From positions 1-34,134 of the forward strand of contig JAYSPU010000067.1 of NCBI GenBank assembly GCA_043721935.1: a stretch of 34,134 nt of DNA. The letters run 5' to 3'. The notes under the pieces are model-generated. The model ran no database searches. It had not been told where the DNA came from and saw nothing but the letters and a program-made list of their open reading frames with translations. This DNA is from Bacteroidota bacterium. GTDB taxonomy: Bacteria; Bacteroidota; Bacteroidia; AKYH767-A; 2013-40CM-41-45. Positions 8,917 through 17,628 of this stretch are shown one piece after another. A program made the position numbers and the translations under genes. Numbering within the stretch: position 1 is the stretch's first letter; every line of letters starts with the position of its first letter.

Positions 8917-9960
8917 ATGATAAATTTATTAACACTCGTCGTTATCATATTGGCTTTGGTCACTGTCTGGAGGCTGATCAGAGTTTTGGAATTAGTGCGT
9001 GATTTACGCGGCGACGAAGATCCCATTACGGACCAGGACAATAAATTCAATGGCAGAATGTCTATTCTGTTTTTGATAGTAGGTTTTGCAGGGATGATCT
9101 ATTTCACAATCGATGCAAAAAAATATTTGTTACCAATTGCCGCTTCAAAACACGGCGTGCTGACTGACAATTATTTGTACATCAATTTTGCATTGATTGC
9201 CTTTGTGTTCTTCATCACTCAGTTTTTATTGTTTTACTATGCATGGAAATACAAACATGTAAAAGGTAAGAAGGGACTCTTCTATCCGGACAACCATAAA
9301 CTTGAATTTATCTGGACAGTTATTCCTGCCATAGTATTGATGGGCCTGATTGTATACGGATTGAAACTATGGATTAACATCACTGCTCCTGCACCTAAAG
9401 ATGCAATGGTCATTGAACTTTACGGAAAACAATTTGACTGGACAGCACGTTATTCAGGTGCTGACAATAAACTTGGGAAATCTAATTTCAAATTGATCAC
9501 CGACGAAGATCCACTAGGAGTAGATTCATTGGATCCTCTTGGAGTAGATGATAAAATTACAAGAGAGTTACACCTTCCTGTTAATTCGAAAATCATTTTT
9601 AAGATCCATTCACGGGACGTTCTTCACTCGGCTTACTTCCCACATTTACGTGCACAGATGAATGCTGTACCGGGAATGACAACAGAAATATTTGTTGAGC
9701 CAACCATTTCAACCGATAGCATGCGTGTCATTACAAATGATCCGAAGTTTGATTATATTTTATTATGTAATAAGGTTTGTGGAGTCGCTCATTATAATAT
9801 GAGAATGAAACTGGTCATTGAAAGTCCGGAAGCATTTAAAAAGTGGTATAGAGATCAACCGTTTGTTTTTGCACGACCGGAAGCTGTTGTAGCTCCTGTT
9901 GATTCTCTAAAAATGACTGATGCAACAAGTGGAAAAGGAAAAGTAACGGCTGCCAAATAA
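8917..9960 (+). CDS. coxB: Cytochrome c oxidase subunit II (CuA)
   Basis: LEFIWTVIPA, KQFDW and SRDVLHS motifs. CuA motif CNKVCGVAHYNM. Three N-terminal hydrophobic helices. Confidence 0.93.
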   Translation: MINLLTLVVIILALVTVWRLIRVLELVRDLRGDEDPITDQDNKFNGRMSILFLIVGFAGMIYFTIDAKKYLLPIAASKHGVLTDNYLYINFALIAFVFFITQFLLFYYAWKYKHVKGKKGLFYPDNHKLEFIWTVIPAIVLMGLIVYGLKLWINITAPAPKDAMVIELYGKQFDWTARYSGADNKLGKSNFKLITDEDPLGVDSLDPLGVDDKITRELHLPVNSKIIFKIHSRDVLHSAYFPHLRAQMNAVPGMTTEIFVEPTISTDSMRVITNDPKFDYILLCNKVCGVAHYNMRMKLVIESPEAFKKWYRDQPFVFARPEAVVAPVDSLKMTDATSGKGKVTAAK

Positions 9961-10011
9961 GCAACCGGATAAGTTTTTTATAATTAATTGAATCATTAAA
10001 AAGTATTAATA

Positions 10012-11823
10012 ATGTCAACTCATTCAAACGGTCATGGTGAAGAAGTGCACGATGCACACGATCATCACGAACATCATGATACCTTTTTGACGAAGTACAT
10101 CTTCAGCAAGGATCATAAGATGATTTCGAAGCAATTTCTGGTAACAGCAATTCTCATGGCTATTATGGCCATGGTAATGTCCCTGATTTTCCGTTTACAG
10201 CTGGGCTGGCCGGATCAGAAGTTTCCGATTATGGAAAAATTGATTGGTCATTGGGGAAAAGGTGGGAAGTTGGATCCAAGCTTTTATCTGGCATTAGTCA
10301 CCATCCACGGAACGATCATGGTATTCTTCGTTCTAACCGGTGGACTATCCGGTACATTCAGTAATTTATTGATCCCTTTCCAGGTCGGTGCGCGTGATAT
10401 GGCTTCAGGATTCCTGAACATGTTATCGTATTGGTTTTTCTTTGGTTCATGTGCTGTGATGACTGCATCTTTATTTGTACAGGCAGGCCCCGCATCAGCG
10501 GGATGGACAGTGTATCCGCCTTTGAGTGCATTGCCTCAGGCAATACCGGGTTCCGGAGCGGGTATGACCCTTTGGTTAGTCAGTATGGTACTATTCATTG
10601 CATCAGCATTATTAGGAGGTATTAATTACGTCGTGACTATTATTAACCTTCGTACAAAAGGAATGAGCATGACACGTCTACCATTGACGATCTGGGCATT
10701 CTTTATCACAGCAATTCTGGGAATCCTTTCTTTCCCTGTATTATTTGCAGCAGCATTATTATTACTATTTGACCGAAGCTTCGGAACAAGCTTCTTCTTG
10801 TCTGATATCTTTATAAACGGCGCACCATTACATCATTCCGGTGGTAGCCCGATTTTGTTTCAACACTTATTCTGGTTCCTTGGACACCCGGAGGTTTACA
10901 TCGTATTGTTACCGGCCTTAGGATTGGCCTCAGAGGTTATTTCTACTCAATCGCGTAAACCAATCTTTGGCTACAAAGCCATGATCGGATCGATGTTGGT
11001 GATTGCCTTCTTATCGTTTATCGTTTGGGGTCATCACATGTTCATTACAGGAATGAATCCATTCCTGGGATCTGTATTCGTATTCACAACATTATTGGTA
11101 GCGATTCCATCAGCAGTGAAAGTGTTTAATTACCTGGCGACATTATGGAAGGCGAACATTGTACTTTCCCCTGCGATGTTATTTGCTATTGGTCTGGTTT
11201 CTTTCTTTATTTCAGGCGGACTTACAGGAATTATCTTAGGTGATTCAGCATTGGATATAAATTTACACGATACTTATTTTGTAGTTGCCCACTTCCATAT
11301 TGTAATGGGAAGTTCGGCCATCTTCGGAATGTTTGCAGGAGTTTATCATTGGTTCCCTCGTATGTTTGGCAGAATGATGGATAAACGATTGGGATATCTG
11401 CATTTCTGGATTACCATCTTAGCAGTTTACGGAACTTTCTTCCCTATGCACTTTGTTGGATTATCAGGTGCTCCGCGTCGTTACTATGCTTACACAGCGT
11501 ATGAAGGTTTTAATGCAGCGTTAAACATCAATGCATTGATTTCTGTATTTGCCATTCTTGGTGGATTGGCGCAATTAATTTTTGTCTTCAATTTCTTTTA
11601 CAGCATGTATCGCGGTAAACGCTCTGTTCAAAATCCATGGAAGTCAAACACCCTGGAGTGGACGGCACCGGTTGAGCATCTTCATGGTAACTGGCCGGGA
11701 GAAATTCCAACCGTACATCGTTGGCCATATGATTATGGTAAGCCCGGAGCAGAAGACGATTTTATTCCGCAAACCACACCTTATTCTGAAACAAAAACAT
11801 CAAATCTTCCCGAAGAATCTTAG
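10012..11823 (+). CDS. coxA: Cytochrome c oxidase subunit I, A1-type heme-copper oxidase
   Basis: DHKMI, HGTIMVFF, GWTVYPPLS, WFLGHPEVY (A1 signature), VWGHHMF, LHDTYFVVAHFH and PRRY motifs. Confidence 0.96.
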   Translation: MSTHSNGHGEEVHDAHDHHEHHDTFLTKYIFSKDHKMISKQFLVTAILMAIMAMVMSLIFRLQLGWPDQKFPIMEKLIGHWGKGGKLDPSFYLALVTIHGTIMVFFVLTGGLSGTFSNLLIPFQVGARDMASGFLNMLSYWFFFGSCAVMTASLFVQAGPASAGWTVYPPLSALPQAIPGSGAGMTLWLVSMVLFIASALLGGINYVVTIINLRTKGMSMTRLPLTIWAFFITAILGILSFPVLFAAALLLLFDRSFGTSFFLSDIFINGAPLHHSGGSPILFQHLFWFLGHPEVYIVLLPALGLASEVISTQSRKPIFGYKAMIGSMLVIAFLSFIVWGHHMFITGMNPFLGSVFVFTTLLVAIPSAVKVFNYLATLWKANIVLSPAMLFAIGLVSFFISGGLTGIILGDSALDINLHDTYFVVAHFHIVMGSSAIFGMFAGVYHWFPRMFGRMMDKRLGYLHFWITILAVYGTFFPMHFVGLSGAPRRYYAYTAYEGFNAALNINALISVFAILGGLAQLIFVFNFFYSMYRGKRSVQNPWKSNTLEWTAPVEHLHGNWPGEIPTVHRWPYDYGKPGAEDDFIPQTTPYSETKTSNLPEES

Positions 11824-11832
11824 GAAGAACAG

Positions 11833-11865
11833 AAAAAGGGAGCAACTTAATTGCTCCCTTTTTTT
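11833..11865 (+). terminator. Rho-independent terminator of the act-cox operon, possibly bidirectional
   Basis: AAAAAGGGAGCAA-CTTAA-TTGCTCCCTTTTTTT starting 10 nt after the coxA stop. Confidence 0.88.
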
Positions 11866-12028
11866 GTCTGAAAATCCCGCCGGTAAAAGGATCCGGCGAT
11901 TTTAGCAATCATTTTTTTATTGCGTCAAAGAACATTTTCTGTTGTTTTCTTACATTGTCAAGGTGAATCAGGAATTACTGCACAATTAAAAGGGAGAGGC
12001 CGTATTTTTCAGCACTTAAACACACCTC

Positions 12029-12796
12029 ATGAGCGTTTCAAGACCTGTAGAACAAATTTATAGTAATTATACGGCGGAAGATTTCAATGTTTGGAAGACG
12101 CTGTATGAACGCCAAATGACCTTGTTAAAGCCAAATGTTTCTGAGCAATATTTAACAGGATTAAAGAATGTCGGATTTCAGGCAACGGTCATTCCTGACT
12201 TCAGAGAAGTCAATGAAAAATTAAAAACTTTTACCGGATGGAGGTTGACAGTAGTTCCAAACATTTCTCCACAGAAAGAATTTTTCGAATTTCTTTCAAG
12301 AAAACGTTTCACTGCAACTTGTTGGTTAAGAACGATGGAACAACTTGATTACATTGAAGAGCCGGATATGTTTCATGACGTTTTTGCGCATGTTCCTTTG
12401 TTGAGTAATCCTGCTTATTGTAATTTCTTCGAAGGGATTAGTCGATTGGCACTCCAATACGATTGTCATCCGCATGCAGTAGAATTACTCAGTCGTATAT
12501 ACTGGTATACGATAGAATTCGGGTTGATTAAAGAAAAAGGGCAGCTAAAAATCTATGGTGCAGGAATTATTTCTTCAGCCGGAGAGACCAGACATTGTAT
12601 GTCAGGAGTGCCGGTCTTTTCCTATAATGTGAAAGATGTTTTTGAGAGTTCATTTCGTACTGATGCCATGCAGGAAAAATATTTTGCAATTGATTCCTTT
12701 GAGCAATTGTATAAATCACTTTCCGAAATTGCACAATTATTAAAATCAGAAATGATCACCATTCTATCCGAAAAAAAAGCAGCGGGTTCAAATTAA
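12029..12796 (+). CDS. phhA: Phenylalanine 4-hydroxylase (biopterin-dependent aromatic amino acid hydroxylase, catalytic domain only)
   Basis: LDYIEEPDMFHDVFAHVPLL (two Fe-binding His), YWYTIEFGL (Glu ligand) and IYGAGIISSAGE. Confidence 0.9.
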   Translation: MSVSRPVEQIYSNYTAEDFNVWKTLYERQMTLLKPNVSEQYLTGLKNVGFQATVIPDFREVNEKLKTFTGWRLTVVPNISPQKEFFEFLSRKRFTATCWLRTMEQLDYIEEPDMFHDVFAHVPLLSNPAYCNFFEGISRLALQYDCHPHAVELLSRIYWYTIEFGLIKEKGQLKIYGAGIISSAGETRHCMSGVPVFSYNVKDVFESSFRTDAMQEKYFAIDSFEQLYKSLSEIAQLLKSEMITILSEKKAAGSN

Positions 12797-12859
12797 AAAG
12801 AATACGAGTTTCAGTCTTAAATAAGCAACTCTGAAACGGTCAACAGGAATAATATGTAT

Positions 12860-13330
12860 TTATTCGCTTTCCGGAAGCGAAACGGAGCTTGTGTCACGAA
12901 TTTCTGAATGTCTGATTTTGCCACCCAGGTAATTCACATTAGTGAATAATGCAATACAAGTAAGGAGTAATATGAAGGTGGCAGCGGTTACATTTTTACC
13001 GGCTTTTCTATTTTTATGATTGAGTACAAAAGCGGTAATTCCAAAAATGGCGGTCACCTCCATGATCCAAAAAGCTAATTCAGCAGCCTCTTCATGCGGA
13101 TGAATCATTGCAGGGTTTTTCTGGCCAATTGCCTTTAAAACATCTTCAGCACTTTCTCCTGTAAAAAATGCGGGAATTGAAAGTAACCCGGTTAGGATCA
13201 CAAGCCCCAATGCTGATTGCTTAATGGCTTGATTTTTAAACAGGTATCCGCCGATTAAAAGTGCGCAACTGAAGATACTTCCCATTATTGGGAAATGATT
13301 AACGACTAAATGCCAGTGCGCTCCATTCAT
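12860..13330 (-). CDS. DUF2231-like integral membrane protein with several His residues
   Basis: HWHLVVNHFP at the N-terminus, FFTGE, HPHEEAAE and GGKIRHSE; four hydrophobic segments. Family assignment is by recognition only. Confidence 0.7.
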   Translation of the reverse strand: MNGAHWHLVVNHFPIMGSIFSCALLIGGYLFKNQAIKQSALGLVILTGLLSIPAFFTGESAEDVLKAIGQKNPAMIHPHEEAAELAFWIMEVTAIFGITAFVLNHKNRKAGKNVTAATFILLLTCIALFTNVNYLGGKIRHSEIRDTSSVSLPESE

Positions 13331-13341
13331 TTAATATGATT

Positions 13342-13369
13342 TTTTCTGTTCTAAATTTGGAACAGAAAA
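13342..13369. repeat. Near-perfect 28-bp palindrome just upstream of the DUF2231-like gene
   Basis: TTTTCTGTTC-TAAATTTG-GAACAGAAAA, with one T/G mismatch inside. Confidence 0.7.
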
Positions 13370-13459
13370 GTACAATATTTTTTGAAGTTAACTTTTAAGA
13401 TGCTGTTCATTACTTTCTAATCAAGATAACCTGAGAATAAGATGAATGTGTTTTCTTCC

Positions 13460-13471
13460 TGACATAAGTCA
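13460..13471. promoter_or_regulatory. FNR/Crp-like operator candidate TGAC-N4-GTCA in the divergent DUF2231/hemA region
   Basis: ttccTGACataaGTCAtggaa has the same geometry as the FNR box TTGAT-N4-ATCAA and lies upstream of hemA. Confidence 0.4.
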
Positions 13472-13601
13472 TGGAATATCAAATATTAATGTTCGTTCTT
13501 TAATGCAAATCAAAGTATTGTACATGTTCCAACGTGACATTAATATGACAGAGCAAGATGGACTTTTTCGACCTTTGCGCGCAGAAAAACAAACTACAGC
13601 T

Positions 13602-14846
13602 TTGCATTTGCTAAAGACGATTGCTTTTACACATAAAAAGACTCCGTTAAAGGAGCTTACCCGGTTCTTTCTCCATGAAGAGAATCGTAAGGCTCGACTT
13701 GCTGTACTTAAATATTCGTGTGAGATTAGTGAAGTCATGTATGTAGCAACATGCAATCGGATCGAATTTATTTTTACCACACAACACTCATGCGATCAGG
13801 AATTTTTAACTAAATTTTTTCACCACTTTCGGGAAGATTGGACTAAAACCGAAATAGACTTTGCTGTCAAACATGCAGAAGTTTTTGAAGGTGATGAAGC
13901 ATTGCGTCATATTTATCGTGTAGCATCTTCTCTCGACTCCCTGGTAGTTGGAGAAAGAGAAATCATTGCTCAGGTAAGAAAAGCCTACGACGCTTGTTGT
14001 GCTGAAGGATTAACAGGAGATGTATTACGATTGGTTGTGAAATCAACTGTGACAACAGCAAAACAAATTTACACTGAGACTAAGATTGCCAATAATCCTG
14101 TTTCTGTTGTGTCTCTGGCAGAACGAAAATTACGAGACTATAAATTAGATAAAAAATCACGGATAGTTTTAATTGGTTCAGGTGAAACCAATACAAATCT
14201 TGCAAAGTATCTCATTAAGCAAGGGTTCTGTAATTTTATTGTATTTAACCGTACAGTAGAAAATGCTCAGAAACTTTGTAAAATTATTTCTTCAGCAACT
14301 GTTACAGCAGTTGCATTTCCACTTAGTCACATTTTAAAATACAAATCAGGCTTAGATGTGATGGTAACATGTACGGCAACAGATGAGCGATTGATTACAC
14401 CTGCAGTTTATTCTTCATTATTGAATGGAGAGACTGATAAGAAAGTAATCGTTGATTTATCAGTTCCTTCCAATGTTGATCCTGCTGTTTTGACTTTACC
14501 TCATGTTCAATTAATTGATATTAATGAATTGAAGTCTATAGCTGAAATAAATTTAGTAGAACGTCAAAAAGAATTCTCAGCAGCGGAAATATTGATAGAA
14601 GCAAATATTCTTGCCTATCATCATATGCACCGCACAAGGTCACTTGAGATAAAAATGAAAAATGTGCCTGAGAAAATTCGTGAAATAAAAGATAAAGCCG
14701 TGAACGATGTTTTTGCAAATGAAATCAGTCATTTGGATGAAACATCGAGAGATACACTTCTCAAGGTGCTCGATTATATGGAGAAGAAATACATATCCGT
14801 TCCAATGGTCATGGCAAAAGAAATTATTCTTGATTCAACTAATTAA
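13602..14846 (+). CDS. hemA: Glutamyl-tRNA reductase
   Basis: IAFTH, ATCNRIE (catalytic Cys), SLDSLVVGEREI, VSVVS, IGSGE, NRT and DLSVP motifs. I chose the TTG start at 13602 because HemA-like sequence begins there; the ORF-track extension from 13446 is probably intergenic. Confidence 0.92.
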   Translation: MHLLKTIAFTHKKTPLKELTRFFLHEENRKARLAVLKYSCEISEVMYVATCNRIEFIFTTQHSCDQEFLTKFFHHFREDWTKTEIDFAVKHAEVFEGDEALRHIYRVASSLDSLVVGEREIIAQVRKAYDACCAEGLTGDVLRLVVKSTVTTAKQIYTETKIANNPVSVVSLAERKLRDYKLDKKSRIVLIGSGETNTNLAKYLIKQGFCNFIVFNRTVENAQKLCKIISSATVTAVAFPLSHILKYKSGLDVMVTCTATDERLITPAVYSSLLNGETDKKVIVDLSVPSNVDPAVLTLPHVQLIDINELKSIAEINLVERQKEFSAAEILIEANILAYHHMHRTRSLEIKMKNVPEKIREIKDKAVNDVFANEISHLDETSRDTLLKVLDYMEKKYISVPMVMAKEIILDSTN

Positions 14847-14870
14847 TATTTCTGCACGGATTTTTTCGAT

Positions 14871-14878
14871 TATATTTG
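14871..14878 (+). promoter_or_regulatory. Internal -7 promoter element TATATTTG upstream of hemC-hemD
   Basis: Matches TAnnTTTG and ends 25 nt before the ATG at 14903. Confidence 0.45.
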
Positions 14879-14902
14879 CTGAGACATTACTGTCTATCTG
14901 AT

Positions 14903-16489
14903 ATGCGAAACCCTTTAATTATTGGTACCCGTGGAAGTGAGCTCGCATTGTGGCAAGCGAAGTATGTTCAATCTCTGCTTCTTGAATTAGGACTTGATTC
15001 TGAATTGAAAATTATCCGTACTCAAGGAGACAACGTTCAGGATTTAAGTTTAGACAAACTGGAAGGCAAAGGCTTTTTTACAAAAGAAATTGAAGACGCA
15101 TTACTTAGCGGCGAGACCGACATAGCGGTTCATTCACACAAAGATCTTCCGACAGAGTCGTCGGAAGGCTTATTAATAGCTGCCGTTTCTGAACGGGAAG
15201 ACCCATCTGAATTGTTATTAATCAGAAAAGAATCAGTCGATACACATCAGAAGTTTTCGGTTAAAAAAAATCCAATAGTAGGAACATCTTCTGCTCGTCG
15301 TAAATCTCAAATGCTGGCCTTTCGTCCCGATGTTGAATTAAAAGATTTGAGAGGAAATGTACCGACCCGCATTCAGAAACTTAGAGATGGATTGTACGAT
15401 GCAATTCTGGTTGCTGCAGCTGGAGTTGAACGATTGGAAATTGACTTGTCTGATTTGCATGTAGAACGATTAGATGTAAAAGAATTTATCCCTGCACCTG
15501 CTCAAGGTGTTTTAGCGATACAAATCAGAAGCAGTGACAAGGAACTCGCAGAAAAAATAAAACCACTTGATCATTTAGAAGTTCGTCGCTTAATCAGTAT
15601 TGAACGACGTGTGCTCAATTTATTTCAAGGCGGTTGTCAAATGCCGGTAGGTGTGTATGCTGAATATGATGATGAAAGCGAACTGTATTCTGTTCGTGCA
15701 TCTTTTTCTTCCTCCTGGGATCGATTGCCTGTTAGTGTTTATTCAGAGTCGAAAGATATGTATGCGCTCGCTGAGAGAATTGTAGATAAAATCCGTGCTA
15801 TTCAACCGGCATCAGTTTTTATCACTCGTGAATTAAGGCGTGATGATTTTTTAAAACAAGTATTGGAGCACAATGGATTCACATACGCTTGTCGTTCGTT
15901 GATTTTCATGAGTGCTGTTCCATTTCTAAATGTACCCGATACTGATTGGATATTTTTCTCCAGCAAACATTCAGTGAATTATTTCTTTGAACAGAAGCCG
16001 ACATTGAAAGACCAAAAATTTGGTTGTGTTGGAAAAGCTACTGCCGATGCTCTTCGTAAGTATGGAAAGAGAGCAGAGTTTATAGGTGGAACAGCAAATA
16101 CTAAAATGACAGGAAAACAATTCGCCGGAAAAGTCGGAGAGGGAAAGGTATTGTTTCCGCAAGCAAAGGGAAGTATGCGTTCTGTTCAACAACAATTTGT
16201 CAAGCGATCACAAGTAGTAGATTTAGTTGTCTATGAAACGATAAAGAAAAATACAGGTATTCAACCGGAAGCTGATATTCTGGTTTTCACTTCTCCTTCT
16301 AATGTCGAAGCATGGTTTGAAAATTATACCATTCGAAAAAATCAGAAAATTGTCGCAATGGGAGATGCAACAGCTCATGCTTTGAAAGACAGAAAAATTT
16401 ATGCTCATGCCATGCCCGATGCTTTCGATGACTCCGGACTTGCTCGAGCTGTTTTCGGTGCAAGTGCAGTAACTAAAACAGATTATTAA
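14903..16489 (+). CDS. hemC: Fused hydroxymethylbilane synthase / uroporphyrinogen-III synthase (HemC-HemD)
   Basis: N-terminal ~300 aa carry GTRGSELALWQA, GKGFFTKEIE, VHSHKD, GTSSARR, RGNVPTR, PAPAQG and GGCQMP. C-terminal ~220 aa carry HemD-like VFITR, WIFFSSKHSV, CVGKATA, VYET, FTSPSNV and MGDATA. Single uninterrupted frame. Confidence 0.9.
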   Translation: MRNPLIIGTRGSELALWQAKYVQSLLLELGLDSELKIIRTQGDNVQDLSLDKLEGKGFFTKEIEDALLSGETDIAVHSHKDLPTESSEGLLIAAVSEREDPSELLLIRKESVDTHQKFSVKKNPIVGTSSARRKSQMLAFRPDVELKDLRGNVPTRIQKLRDGLYDAILVAAAGVERLEIDLSDLHVERLDVKEFIPAPAQGVLAIQIRSSDKELAEKIKPLDHLEVRRLISIERRVLNLFQGGCQMPVGVYAEYDDESELYSVRASFSSSWDRLPVSVYSESKDMYALAERIVDKIRAIQPASVFITRELRRDDFLKQVLEHNGFTYACRSLIFMSAVPFLNVPDTDWIFFSSKHSVNYFFEQKPTLKDQKFGCVGKATADALRKYGKRAEFIGGTANTKMTGKQFAGKVGEGKVLFPQAKGSMRSVQQQFVKRSQVVDLVVYETIKKNTGIQPEADILVFTSPSNVEAWFENYTIRKNQKIVAMGDATAHALKDRKIYAHAMPDAFDDSGLARAVFGASAVTKTDY

Positions 16490-16536
16490 ACCGGTAAACT
16501 ATTTTTCAGAATTGAAAAAGTATTAACTGCAATTAC

Positions 16537-17502
16537 ATGATACGCCCAAGACGCCTAAGAAAAAATCCGATCATCAGGGAGCTAGTAGCAGAGACTCGAT
16601 TATCTAAAGAAATGTTCATCTATCCATACTTTCTAGTGGATGGAAAAAATGTTGTTCAGCCAATTGATGCTATGCCCGGAATAAGCCGATTCTCTTCTGA
16701 CACATTGATTAAAGATGTTGAAAAAGGACTGAAGGTTGGAGTTAATAAAATTTTATTATTTGGCGTAGGAGAAGAGAAGTTCGAAGATGCACACTCCGCT
16801 CATGCTGATCATTCAATTATTGCCGACTCAATTCGTGAACTAAAAAAGAATTTTGGAAATGATATTTACATCGTAAGTGATATTTGTTTGTGTGCTTACA
16901 CAACACATGGTCATTGCGGTTTGTTGAAAGGAGACGAAGTGCAAAATGATCCGTCGCTGGAAGTGTTAGCAAAAATGGCACTTGCTCATGCTCATGCAGG
17001 AGTAGATATGGTGGCGCCTAGTGATATGATGGATGGACGAGTGGCTGCGATAAGGGATTTACTCGATAGTAGCAACTATGAAAATCTCCCTCTGATGTCC
17101 TATGCGACTAAATTTGCTTCCGCTTATTATGGTCCTTTTCGGGAAGCTGCTGTTAGTGCGCCAGGAAAAGGAGACAGGAAGTCATACCAAATGGATTATC
17201 GCAACAGCAGGGAAGCAATCCTGGAAGCCTCTCTTGATGAAGCGGAAGGAGCAGACATCATCATGGTAAAACCTGCTTTGGCGTATCTGGACATCATCCG
17301 TGCTGTCCGTGAACGGACAGAATTGCCGATAGCCTGTTACAACGTTTCAGCAGAATATTCCATGGTAAAAGCCGCTGCCACCGCCGGAATGATAGACGAA
17401 CAACGAATTGTTATGGAGAATATGTACGCTTTTTCCAGAGCCGGTGCCGGTATCATTATTTCCTATCATGCGAGGGAAATTCTTGAAAAACAGTGGCTTT
17501 GA
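16537..17502 (+). CDS. hemB: Porphobilinogen synthase (ALA dehydratase), Zn-binding type
   Basis: RPRRLR, DICLCAYTTHGHCG, APSDMMDGRV, KFASAYYGPFREA, YQMD and MVKPA motifs. Confidence 0.96.
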   Translation: MIRPRRLRKNPIIRELVAETRLSKEMFIYPYFLVDGKNVVQPIDAMPGISRFSSDTLIKDVEKGLKVGVNKILLFGVGEEKFEDAHSAHADHSIIADSIRELKKNFGNDIYIVSDICLCAYTTHGHCGLLKGDEVQNDPSLEVLAKMALAHAHAGVDMVAPSDMMDGRVAAIRDLLDSSNYENLPLMSYATKFASAYYGPFREAAVSAPGKGDRKSYQMDYRNSREAILEASLDEAEGADIIMVKPALAYLDIIRAVRERTELPIACYNVSAEYSMVKAAATAGMIDEQRIVMENMYAFSRAGAGIIISYHAREILEKQWL

Positions 17503-17506
17503 GCCA

Positions 17507-17586
17507 TGAGATTAATAGACTAATAGATTACTAGATTACTAGAATAATAGAGTACTAGAATAATAGATTGTTTGATTGAGGGATTG
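17507..17586 (+). repeat. Degenerate 8-bp tandem repeat, 10 units (consensus approximately (a/c)TAGATTA)
   Basis: tgagatta atagacta atagatta ctagatta ctagaata atagagta ctagaata atagattg tttgattg agggattg. Confidence 0.85.
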
Positions 17587-17628
17587 TAGACAGCGCCTGC
17601 TCATTTTAGCAATCATCTGTCATCTACA

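Noticed and set aside
12808-12837. Weak inverted repeat GTTTCAG...CTGAAAC between phhA and the DUF2231-like gene
   Set aside because: A 7-bp stem with a large imperfect interior and no U-tract is too weak to call a terminator.
13446-13601. 52-aa N-terminal extension of HemA in the ORF track
   Set aside because: It has no HemA-like sequence and overlaps candidate regulatory sites. TTG at 13602 is the likelier start.
15263-15270. A8 homopolymer in hemC as a phase-variation or frameshift site
   Set aside because: The frame is intact, and such runs are expected from Lys codons in AT-rich DNA.
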